Positions 1-9,277 of a DNA stretch of 64,000 nucleotides are shown here, piece after piece; position 1 is the first letter of the stretch; each line of letters begins with the position of its first letter. The notes under the pieces are model-generated. The model searched no databases. It saw nothing but the letters and a program-made list of their open reading frames with translations, and was not told where the DNA came from. This stretch comes from Hydrolagus affinis (lineage: Eukaryota): NCBI GenBank assembly GCA_012026655.1, contig JAAILG010000009.1, forward strand, positions 62,001-126,000, read 5' to 3'. Made by a program: the position numbers and the translations under genes.

Positions 1-1
1 C

Positions 2-1087
2 CTCCGACAACCCTTCTCCAAACCGCGGGTTCGGAGGCCGATCCAACCCCCACCCGACTTGTCGGGAGGAACCAGCCGCGATCCCGAAAGGGCTGCCGTC
101 CAATTCACCCAGTCGGCTTTCAGAAAATGCGAGGAGACGTTTAGGAACGTCATGGGGGCTCTGAGGATCACCAGCCCCCCTCCCACTGCTCACAACCCGT
201 GCAACCGCGCCTGCGATCCGGTCCTGAGAAAGTGTCTGCCAACTGGGAATCCTCAGCCACACAAAATGCCCTGCGGGACCCCTCACCCCGCCACCTCCGA
301 TAGAAGCGTCCAATGTAGTCGCCATCCCTCTCCTCCGAGCAACTGTGAACGTTTGATCCCAGAAACCAGGGTTGAGGCTTTTAGCCAGACCGGGCTCCCC
401 TCCTCCCCCCACCGCGGGCTCCCGACTCGGCCCAAGCGCAAGAGGGCTGCAGATCCCGTGGTCCACATCTGCTGCGTCACTGGGACTTCCTCGTTCGCGT
501 CGCCTCCACCCGAGGAACCGGCCGGCAGCAAGAGCAACCTGGAATCCCCGTCAAGGGATTCAACCCCCCGGAGGTTTGGCCGTCAGAGACGCCTCCCCAA
601 ACGGGAGAAACAGACCTGTCCAAGGTGCCTGAAACCTACATACAGGAGCTTCCCGGTTTACTTGGCGGAAACGTGCCTCGGGCCTCAGGATTTGGCCTCG
701 GTCCCGCCTGTCAACTCACAGGACCAGACGAGCTGGAGACAGAACGAGCCGAAGCCTGGATGTGACCCATGTACCACGTCCCCACGATCAGTTTCGGAAA
801 TATTTTACATGCCACCGAAACCCTCTAAGACCGTCAGAAATTCCAGTGAAACTATGTGGTGTAGCTCCCCTCAACCCGGTACCATCAGGTTTTGTAAATC
901 TGCTGAACCCAGTGCGGTGAAATCCTGCAGCCCGGCAGCCCCCAGCTCAATGACCTCGTATGCCTCTTCCAAACCCAGTACATCCACCATCTTCATGTCT
1001 CCGGAGATGTGCCTTTTCACTCCAAACCCCGCCTCGGTTCCTCGCAACACATCACCAGATAACTACCCGAGAACGTGTCAAACCTAA
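2..1087 (+). CDS. 3' part of a Pro/Ser/Cys-rich protein gene, truncated by the window edge; possibly a further member of the sHSP-tail cluster
   Basis: The frame is open from base 2 (LRQPFSKPRVRRP...) to TAA at 1085-1087, so the TTG start at 59 in the ORF track is not a real start. It is GC-rich against an AT-rich flank, with AATAAA at 1442. P/S/C/T-rich composition and one PQPGT motif resemble the tails of the downstream genes. No alpha-crystallin domain is visible within the window. Confidence 0.6.
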   Translation, partial: LRQPFSKPRVRRPIQPPPDLSGGTSRDPERAAVQFTQSAFRKCEETFRNVMGALRITSPPPTAHNPCNRACDPVLRKCLPTGNPQPHKMPCGTPHPATSDRSVQCSRHPSPPSNCERLIPETRVEAFSQTGLPSSPHRGLPTRPKRKRAADPVVHICCVTGTSSFASPPPEEPAGSKSNLESPSRDSTPRRFGRQRRLPKREKQTCPRCLKPTYRSFPVYLAETCLGPQDLASVPPVNSQDQTSWRQNEPKPGCDPCTTSPRSVSEIFYMPPKPSKTVRNSSETMWCSSPQPGTIRFCKSAEPSAVKSCSPAAPSSMTSYASSKPSTSTIFMSPEMCLFTPNPASVPRNTSPDNYPRTCQT

Positions 1088-2589
1088 AGTACAACTTCCA
1101 CCAGGACTTTGGGCACCCGCTCTGAACCTGACCTCATCTCAGAAGACACGAGTGGGCTGAAAGCCAGGACAGTTTAACGGCTGGAGTGGTCCAGGCTTCC
1201 TCTGGGAAGCTAAGGAAATATGTCACACACGCAAACACACACAAAAAAAGAGTCAAACCAGCCAAGCCCACCTCACCAAGAGACGAGGCTCACATTTATG
1301 CCGTGGTTCCGGGAAAGATGGATTGTTTGGAACTTAGAATATGCTGAAGGAAGAGGCAATTTCTGAAATTACTGTCAAAAAATTACATTAATTTGGAACT
1401 GTAATTAAAAGAAAGCAGAAACTCGTCAATCGAGCCATCAAAATAAAACAAACAAACTTGAAGTTTATAGCGGTTATTCATAATAGTTTATATTTATTTA
1501 GTTATTCACTTCTCCCCCTCGTTTATCTGAAAAGCCAATGCGGCCAATCGGAAAAGCCTAATGTAATGCATTACTGTGGACATAACCGTTGTGATGTTGT
1601 AATGTTCACGTCAAGTTAAAGTTTGTTAAATGTAAAAGTTAAGTTCTTGAAGTGGGCTCCTTGTCCAGCCCTTTGCCCACTTTACAATCCTTCTGCACCA
1701 CGTGGACTCAATGTAAATGAAACTGAACCTATTTTATCAACCCTTTTGTTTGTGTTTTGCCTTGGTTCAACTTTAGGCTCGGAGAATTAAATTGACAGGT
1801 CTCGGATAATGGCATGCTTCAGTTGGTGGCTGGGATATGTGCAACAAAGGGTTTGGTTGACTCCGCGTCCAATGTTTCCACCTTATTGGCCTTGCATGGT
1901 CTCACAAACTCCATCACCTTGAATCCCTTCCCTTCATCCCCCCCACAACCCCAGCTCGGGTCTGAAACACTGAATGTCCAGCGCCTTGGGACGTCCTCCC
2001 TAGGTGAAAGGCGCTAACAAGTGCAATTTTATTGTTGTTGCCTACTGAGATTGAGAATTCGCTACTTACCAAACTGCAGTTCCCGCTAGAATGTCTTGTT
2101 GTGTGATGGCAGCTACTACATTCAGAAATGTATTATTCTTGCTATTTCCTAGATAAAAAACAAGTTTCGCTGGCTTTATAATATGTTCTTATTCCAATAA
2201 TAAGCCAAACGCCCTGATGATCTCAGCTATCCTTCTGCCAGTGTCAAGCTCTCTGGGATGCTACCCTGGGTGAGGGGCAGTATACAAATGCAAATTGTTG
2301 TTGTTACTTACCAGTCAGTTAAACTACTAATAAATAAAAAGGGCATCAGAATTTAAATTATTTTTGGAAAATTCTCGAAGAGAACCAGAGCAATCAATAC
2401 TTTCAAATTAAGTTAATTGAAACAAATGAAGGTAAACCAAAGATAACCAATTGGGATTAAAAAAATAAATAAATTGGTGTTCTTTAAAAAAAAGTATCCT
2501 TTAAAAATAATCCTAATTTTCATTCATTCAACGACAAAATAAAACGATTTTTTACTACATTATACCACTCATTTGATTGATGTGTGTTT

Positions 2590-3120
2590 CTCAATAGTGA
2601 TGTCCACTACTCCAATATCCTGTGTTGTCTCCCCAGCTGCACTATGCAAAAATCCAGTTAATCCAAAACCTCAGCATACTGACCCACACTAAACTGTGTA
2701 AACCCATCACACCGGTTCTAGCCAATGGCTCCCTATCACTGAATGGATCGTTATCAAGATCCTCATACTAGTCTACAGATCCCTTCATACCCTTGCACCT
2801 TCCCTACTTTTTCCTAAACCAACTACCTTGGTTGCCTTCGCTCAAACTGGCTCCAGCCTCTGGCTTGTCCCTCATGCCCTCTGTTTCACCATTGGTGGTC
2901 GCTATGTCAGCCAGTACACCCCCAAACTCTGGAACAAATCTTCCTCTATCCCTCTGCCTTGTCCCCCCACCATCTTCCCCATTATCAAGTGGTGCCTGGA
3001 AACCTTCCTCTTCGACCATGTCTAGGGTCACCTCCCCCAGGGTGCTGGCTCCGCCATTGTTAAGTGCTCTAGGACTCTACAAAACAATGAGTGTCGCTGC
3101 ATCAATGCGAGTTGTTGTCG
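2590..3120 (+). mobile_element. Degenerate 3' fragment of an L2-type LINE (end of ORF2 plus tail)
   Basis: Frameshifted remnants of the typical L2/CR1 ORF2 C-terminus (actactccaatatcctg...atccaaaac...cccatcacaccggttcta...atcaagatcctcatactagtctacagatccctt), ending in a tgc..gttgttgt tail. Boundaries approximate. Confidence 0.7.
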
Positions 3121-3329
3121 ATAAGAACTAGAGACAGTTAAAACACTTAGAAATAAAATGGCACTAACGTTAAAACCGATTCACCAAACTCTTCAGGTGT
3201 ACCAGAGCAACGGTTTCACACCAAACTAAGCAAAAACAAGCGATTGATTTCGGTACCCGTTTGCATCGTAACGCTCCAAACGCAAGCTTAAGCTTTTACA
3301 CATTGCTTTAAATTGATCACCCCAGTCAC

Positions 3330-3369
3330 TTTCATCACAGAGGTGTATGAGAGGCGTGTGTGACTTCAC
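3330..3369 (+). promoter_or_regulatory. Conserved upstream element of sHSP gene A (CRE-like core TGACTTCA)
   Basis: TTTCATCACAGAGGTGTATGAGAGGCGTGTGTGACTTCAC aligns with elements upstream of gene E (18701-18738, minus) and gene D (16838-16875, minus). Confidence 0.55.
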
Positions 3370-3470
3370 CTTTTACAAACCCGTGTCGTAAAGAAAAGGC
3401 ATTGCCCCTCTCTCGCCCACCTCTTTTCAGAAAAGCCATGAACCTGTAACTGGTGTGAAGTGGGTCAACT

Positions 3471-5864
3471 ATGAATGAAGATGATTCCTTGTTCGATGGG
3501 AATTACGACAATTGGATGGAAAACCTGACACTCCCACCCCCAGAGCCGATCGTTGGGAAGGAGAAATACAGGGTCTGTTTGCACCTGGGAGACATAGGGG
3601 CGGAAAATGTCAACATGTCAGTGCTGGATAACGTGGTGACCGTGGCCGGGCATTTGTCGGAGACGAATGAGGACGAGGATGGAATGATCAGGGAAAGCTT
3701 CCACGGGTTTTCCAACGAATTCGGTCTCCCCCAAGGCGTGAATCCAGATACCCTGACAGCCAACGTGATGGACAACCAAACGCTGGAGATCGAAGCCAAC
3801 TATTTCTCTGAGCCTCTGGATGACACGTTCGTCCCTGGAGAAATCTCCCAACCCGGTATGGACTTCAGCACAATCTCAACAATCTCACCTTCAACTCATA
3901 ACGTAACATCCCAACCTCCGCCCAAGGGATGCAAAAGAAAATCGGGAAACCCCCCAGCCAACACCAGTTGTCCACTCAACGCTTGTGAGCGCAGTGCCGT
4001 GCCTCAGTCAGGTGCTCTGGGGACTTCAATGAATACATCCACTCGTCCACCCAATCCATGTGAATGCAATGCCTTGGCTAAGTCAGCGTTGAGGACTTCA
4101 GCGACCACATCCAGTTGTCCACTCAACCCTTGTGAGCGCAGTGCCTTGCCTCAGTCAGCCCCGGGGACTTCAGTGAATACATCCAGTTGCCCACTCAGTC
4201 CATGTGAACGCAGTGCCTTGGCTCAATCAGCCCTTGGGACTTCAATGAACACATCCAGTTGTCCACTCAATCCCCGTGAACCCAGTGCCCTGGCTAAGTC
4301 AGCGTTGAGAACTTCAGTGAACATACCCAGCTGTCCACTCAGCACCTGTCAACGTCGCCCTGCAGCAAAGAATTCTTCAATGAACACCGCCAGCTGCCCA
4401 CTCAGTCCTCGGGCACGCAGTGCAGTGCCTCATCGCTGCAAACAGAGCTGCCCAAAGAACACCTGCAGCTGTCCTCGAAGACCTTGTCCATGCAATTCTG
4501 CAGCACAGAGGTCTGTAATGAACACCTCCAGCTGTCCTCGTCGTCCTTGTCCATGCGGCAATGCAGCACAGGGATCTGCAACGAACACCTCAAGTTGTCC
4601 AATCAGCCCTTGTCAGCGCCGTGCCATCGCCCAACCACACATCCAAGGATCCTCCGACAATATGTGCACCTTCCCCCGCAGCCCCTCTGTGCGAGGTTCA
4701 CGGGCCAACCAATGTGGCCTGGGAGCCCTTCCAAACAGCCAAAGTAGTCTGGCAGCCCTTCAAACCAGCCAAGTTGGCCCTGGAGCCCTTCAAATCAGCC
4801 AAGTTGGCATGGGACCCCTTCAAACCAGCCAAGGTGTCATGGGACCCCTTCAAACCAGCCAAGGTGTCATGGGACCCCTTCAAACCAGCCAAGTTGGCCT
4901 GGGACCCCTTCAGACCAGCCTAGGTGGCATGGGACCCCTTCAAACTTGCCAAGTTGGCCTGGGACCCCTTCAAACCAGCCTAGGTGGCTTGGGACCCCTT
5001 CAAACCAGCCAAGTTGGCATGGGACCCCTTCAAACCAGCCAAGTTGGCCTGGGACCCCTTCAAACCAGCCTACGTGGCTTGGGACCCCTTCAAACCAGCC
5101 AAGTTGGCCTGGGACCCCTTCAAACCAGCCAAGTTGGCATGGGACCCCTTCAAACCAGCCAAGTTGGCATGGGACCCCTTCAAACCTGCCAAGTTGGCAT
5201 GGGACCCCTTCAAACCAGCCTAGGTGGCTTGGGACCCCTTCAAACCAGCCAAGTTGGCCTGGGACCCCTTCAAACCAGCCAAGGGAGCATGGGACCCCTT
5301 CAAACCTGCCAAGTTGGCATGGGACCCCTTCAAACCAGCCTAGGTGGCTTGGGACCCCTTCAAACCAGCCAAGTTGGCCTGGGAGCCCTTCCAAACAGCC
5401 AACGTCGCCTGGCAGCCCTTCAAAACAGCCAAAGAGGCCTGAGAAGCTCATTGCAGCAGCTCAACCCTTCACTGCCACAGAGATCACGGAGCGTCGTGGG
5501 ATCTGCTTTTAACACCTCCGCTCTATCAAAGAATTCCCTTCCGCTCGCTGGACTGGAAGAACAAGTCAGCCAGACACTCAACTTAAATGGCAACCCTTAC
5601 ACAAGGGACCAGCCAGATGCCCCCCTGAATCAGACCTTTAAGTCCTTATTATCAGAGTCCGTTGCTTCAACCAGATCCATGTTGAAACCTGGCACACGCT
5701 GCCATAGCCCTACTGCTGTTTGCGTCCCACACGTCGACTACAAGATACCTGGCACACGGTGTGTCCCTGCACCCCGCAATCAAAATAGCTGCAAAGCAGG
5801 AAACCAAACGCGCTCTCAGTCACAGCATGGAAATATTAGCGGTATGGATGCCCCTGTTAATTGA
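3471..5864 (+). CDS. sHSP cluster gene A: alpha-crystallin domain + 24-aa Cys/Pro repeats + 10-aa G(L/M)GPLQTSQV repeats + twin PGT motif (797 aa, uninterrupted CDS)
   Basis: The N-terminal KYRVCLHLGDIGAENVNMSVLDNVVTVAGH...FHGFSNEFGLPQGVNPDTLTANVMDNQTLEIEA fits the beta3-beta9 pattern of HSP20/alpha-crystallin domains (F-x-x-x-F-x-L-P-x-x-V-[DN]-P...L-x-I-x-A). The 2.4-kb frame stays open through both repeat arrays. ATTAAA at 6155. Confidence 0.88.
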   Translation: MNEDDSLFDGNYDNWMENLTLPPPEPIVGKEKYRVCLHLGDIGAENVNMSVLDNVVTVAGHLSETNEDEDGMIRESFHGFSNEFGLPQGVNPDTLTANVMDNQTLEIEANYFSEPLDDTFVPGEISQPGMDFSTISTISPSTHNVTSQPPPKGCKRKSGNPPANTSCPLNACERSAVPQSGALGTSMNTSTRPPNPCECNALAKSALRTSATTSSCPLNPCERSALPQSAPGTSVNTSSCPLSPCERSALAQSALGTSMNTSSCPLNPREPSALAKSALRTSVNIPSCPLSTCQRRPAAKNSSMNTASCPLSPRARSAVPHRCKQSCPKNTCSCPRRPCPCNSAAQRSVMNTSSCPRRPCPCGNAAQGSATNTSSCPISPCQRRAIAQPHIQGSSDNMCTFPRSPSVRGSRANQCGLGALPNSQSSLAALQTSQVGPGALQISQVGMGPLQTSQGVMGPLQTSQGVMGPLQTSQVGLGPLQTSLGGMGPLQTCQVGLGPLQTSLGGLGPLQTSQVGMGPLQTSQVGLGPLQTSLRGLGPLQTSQVGLGPLQTSQVGMGPLQTSQVGMGPLQTCQVGMGPLQTSLGGLGPLQTSQVGLGPLQTSQGSMGPLQTCQVGMGPLQTSLGGLGPLQTSQVGLGALPNSQRRLAALQNSQRGLRSSLQQLNPSLPQRSRSVVGSAFNTSALSKNSLPLAGLEEQVSQTLNLNGNPYTRDQPDAPLNQTFKSLLSESVASTRSMLKPGTRCHSPTAVCVPHVDYKIPGTRCVPAPRNQNSCKAGNQTRSQSQHGNISGMDAPVN
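3960..4620 (+). repeat. Coding 72-bp (24-aa) tandem repeat, consensus approx. TSSCPLNPCERSALPQSAxGTSxN, degenerating toward the 3' end
   Basis: ccagttg recurs at 4111, 4183 and 4255 (72-bp period). About 6 good units are followed by degenerate SCPRRPCPC units. Confidence 0.85.
4711..5440 (+). repeat. Coding 30-bp minisatellite, about 24 units (aagttggc[ac]tgggaccccttcaaaccagcc)
   Basis: Exact 30-bp periodicity from 4721 to 5430 with no indels and no spacers; encodes G(L/M)GPLQTSQV. Confidence 0.97.
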
Positions 5865-6513
5865 AGTGAAGACTGGCTCTGTAGAAGCCCAACCCAACTG
5901 CGAGCTGCAAGATGCAACAATGCCCTTCAATTACTCTGAATGAACGAGCTGTGGAAATTCATGAAATACCTTAACAAGGCAGAGTGATTGCTCAGCGGTG
6001 ATTTCAAAATTGGAGCAATGGGTATTTTCCAACGAGGAAGATGGTTTGGTTTGAAGTGAGGTGGTGGGGGGGACGGGGGTGGGGGGACGGGACGGACGAG
6101 GGTTTCTTTAATTTAGAACTTGAAGTGGAAATTCCTCCCAATTTACAGCTGTGGATTAAAGTTCAGGCTTGAGCATTGTATGAGATCTCCAAATTAATAC
6201 ACAAATCAGTGCGCAATTTTATTGCTCTAATGAGCACAGTAAAAATTTGCTGTGATGAAAAGAAAATGCATGCCAAGCATTCAGTGCTTATCCAGAAGTT
6301 ACCCACTCTCAAATAATAAGAATATATTGGTGGATTATAGGGGGAGGGGGGGGATTGTTCCATTAAAATTATTGGGCTTTTCAAATACAATGTTCAAAAA
6401 TATACAACATAATAATGGACATACCACACATTGCATCATAAGAAGGAAACCCGTGTTATCTATTATTGTTTATTTATTTCAACCTCTCAATACTCTCAAT
6501 ATCAGCATTCACG

Positions 6514-6580
6514 TAACAACAACAACAACAAATTACATTTATAGAGCGCCTTTCACGTCGGGAGGACGTCCCAAGGCGCT
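6514..6580 (-). mobile_element. Short retroposon 3' tail (gggacgtcctcccgacgtgaaaggcgct.tataaatgtaatt(tgt)n family)
   Basis: Related copies occur at about 1983-2040 (+), 10585-10642 (-), 25261-25308 (-), 50557-50600, 56595-56660 (+) and 61951-62005 (-). The (TTG)n end is L2-like. Confidence 0.7.
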
Positions 6581-7162
6581 GGAATACAACATACGTTCTG
6601 TACTTTTAAGCCTGAATGTATCATTCCTCGCTCAGAGTACACATACTTAAACACAGGATTGAACAAATCATTTTATTTTCTGTTGAAAACATCAATTGAA
6701 AAGTTTTTAAGGTAACAAGCCTGGAGCATATAGATGCACCTCTGATCCTATGAAAATCATATACCAAGTTGTTGCCAAGTTGACAGATTGCTTTTTTTTT
6801 TCCCCCTTTCAAAAGTTTGCAATTAGGTTGCAGTGAGACACCAGAAGACAATTGGTGAGACTTTCCAAGGCACTCTTTGGAGTCCTTAAGCCTTGGTTCT
6901 TGCCATACTATGCCTGTTCTCTCTGAACTGAGGTCATATTGAGCAAATATAATGGAAAACTAGTGAAGGTTTTAACAATTCAACTTCCTTAGCATCAAGC
7001 TCTCTGAGATACTACCCAGCATGAAGGGAAAGATAAATGCATGTTGTTTGGGCCGAAATTAACAAAAAGGGCCATGATAAAGCTGATGATATATTTCCAA
7101 ATTGCTCAGCAAAATAATTTAATGATTGCAACAATCCTTTCATTTGATATAGAGCCTTTTTT

Positions 7163-7515
7163 ATAATAATAATCCTTGCATTTGATATAGCGCTTTTTAC
7201 ATCTTCCAGACATCTCATAGCGCTTCACAGAATATACAGTAAAGTGAATTGACTGTATATTTGTGGGCGACATGTGGCAGCCAATTACGCACAGCAGTAA
7301 TTGGATTCATGGATTCAATTGTCCAATCAATGCGTTAAGCGCTCTGTGTGGAGGGCATTATATAAATTGAAGTTGTTGTTGTTGTTTACCAATTCATCCC
7401 TTTATTTATTATTTTGTGAGGGATTATTATTAGGAGAGTGGAGTAAGGAAACTTGCCCAAGGTTTCGCCCTGCCTGGTATTGAACACAGGTCACACTCTC
7501 GCTTGTAAAGGCCTT
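7163..7515 (-). mobile_element. SINE copy (degenerate head, internal insertion)
   Basis: Shares aataatccttgcatttgatatag...gcgcttcacagaatatac.gtaaagtgaattgactgtatatttgtgggc and ggagtaaggaaacttgcccaaggtttcg with the full copies at 26816 and 39522. Confidence 0.8.
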
Positions 7516-8441
7516 TGCAACTTCCTACACCCATCTACACTACTTACCCGAGTCTCCGATCTTAGTGTTGTATGTAAACTTGGATACAAAACTTTCTATT
7601 CCTTCATCCAAGTCATTTATATGCATGTATATATATATATATATATATATAGATTATATATACACGGTAAATAGCTGAAGTCCCAGTTCAGACCCCTGGG
7701 GGACACCACTTATCACATCTCTAATTGGAGAATGTTCCTTACTCTCTGTTTCCAGCCTCCCAACCAATTGCCAAGTCAAGTCACCTCCGCCTCCTAGTGT
7801 TTCCATTTTCGTTGAAAGAGTTACTGAGAAGCCTTATTGTAATCCACATAGCAGGTTCTCTGCAAAACAACACCTCACCTGCCATCTTGGGAGCCTGACA
7901 ACACTCTGTCATGTAAAACAGCCACACTTCAATGGTGAGCGGGTGAGTGTTGTGTTGTCCCATAATGCCAGGGACCATGATCTGTGTCCGTGTTAAGCGT
8001 TGTGGTCACGATGACCTCTCACTTACACAACAACAACAGCTTCGATTGATTCAGCGCCCTCCACGCCGGAGACGGCGTCTCAGAGCGCTTATAAGGGGAC
8101 TGATACGCTTTCTCAGGGGTCGTGATTAGTCCACCACGACAACAAAAGGCAACGGACCTGACAATGAACTTCCAAATCCATGTGCTCCCCTCAACACGCT
8201 ACATGATGTTTTTTGGGGGAGAGATTTGATTTGACGTGGTGAAAACCGCGGAAAGTGATGCTTCAAACCCACTAGCTTGTGTGATCTCACGCTTACGCAC
8301 CGGCAGACAGACCCCCGTGTAGCTTTCGGGAAGTTATGAAACCTTTTTTGATTTACGCAAAAGTCGGACTTTTAAACCTCGGATTAAACCTCGGTCCGGA
8401 TTTGATATTTAGAGGAAAACCAAGCGGAGGTATGAACCAAC

Positions 8442-9098
8442 ATGGATCCTCGCCGTAACAAGTTTTACGTCTGTTTAAACTTGGGGAACATTTCCCCGGA
8501 GAATGTGCAGGCTTACATCACGGACAGGATCGTGGATATTATTGGGAAAAGCGAGCAGGTGACCGAGGAGGCGGACGGGATGATCAGGAGGAACTATCAC
8601 GGCTTTTCTAACAAATTCGGGCTCCCACCGGGAGTAGACCCCAACACCTTGCTGCTCACTGTGCCCGACGGGAGGACCTTGATCATCGAAGCCGAATACC
8701 TCAAACACGAAGATCAGAACCCAAACCCCGCGGATTCGACCTGCCCTCGAATGGCGCCCGACCCCTGGAGCAGGTCCATCTACCACTACCCCCCACCGCC
8801 CGTCCCCACGCCGCGCACAGTGTTTCACACCAACTCTGCCTACGATCCCACCTCCGCCGATGAGAACTCGGGAGGTTTGATCTCATCCAGGGTCCCGACC
8901 CCTTTCCACCCGGTGCCCATGCCTCGACAGACCGTCACGCACAATGTCTCGTTGCCCTCCCAGTCTCCGGTGTGGTACGGGTCCTCCTCGGCAATCCACC
9001 CCAAGACGAGGTCGAAGAGGAGGAGACACCATTCCTATCACGAAGGCATGGCGGCTGACAACATGTCCCACGTACAAAGGATGAACCAGACGTTTTAA
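8442..9098 (+). CDS. sHSP cluster gene B: alpha-crystallin domain + Pro-rich tail (218 aa)
   Basis: KFYVCLNLGNISPENVQAYITDRIVDIIGK...DGMIRRNYHGFSNKFGLPPGVDPNTLLLTVPDGRTLIIEA is a clear paralog of the gene A domain. Good Kozak context (aacATGG). AATAAA at 9424. Confidence 0.88.
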   Translation: MDPRRNKFYVCLNLGNISPENVQAYITDRIVDIIGKSEQVTEEADGMIRRNYHGFSNKFGLPPGVDPNTLLLTVPDGRTLIIEAEYLKHEDQNPNPADSTCPRMAPDPWSRSIYHYPPPPVPTPRTVFHTNSAYDPTSADENSGGLISSRVPTPFHPVPMPRQTVTHNVSLPSQSPVWYGSSSAIHPKTRSKRRRHHSYHEGMAADNMSHVQRMNQTF

Positions 9099-9177
9099 AG
9101 CAGCCGGGAAATGCCAGACGTACAAGAAACCTTACTTAAAACACAAACCAACAGAACGCACACACACACGCACACAC

Positions 9178-9277
9178 NNNNNNNNNNNNNNNNNNNNNNN
9201 NNNNNNNNNNNNNNNNNNNNNNNNNNNNNNNNNNNNNNNNNNNNNNNNNNNNNNNNNNNNNNNNNNNNNNNNNNNNN
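9178..9277. other. Assembly gap (100 N) adjacent to a (CA)n microsatellite
   Basis: Run of exactly 100 N following cacacacacgcacacac; true length unknown. Confidence 0.99.

Noticed and set aside
2793-3131. 112-aa and 65-aa ORFs as a separate gene between the edge ORF and gene A
   Set aside because: They lie within a decayed L2 LINE fragment.
4711-5440. CRISPR-like array of 30-bp repeats
   Set aside because: The units are head-to-tail with no unique spacers, lie inside a eukaryotic ORF, and there are no cas genes. It is a coding minisatellite.
4867-5512. Overlapping ORFs in other frames (194 aa minus GWFEGVPGQL repeats; 188 aa plus WHGTPSNQPS repeats)
   Set aside because: These are expected by-products of a stop-poor 30-bp unit. 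They have no independent gene signals and end near the array edges.
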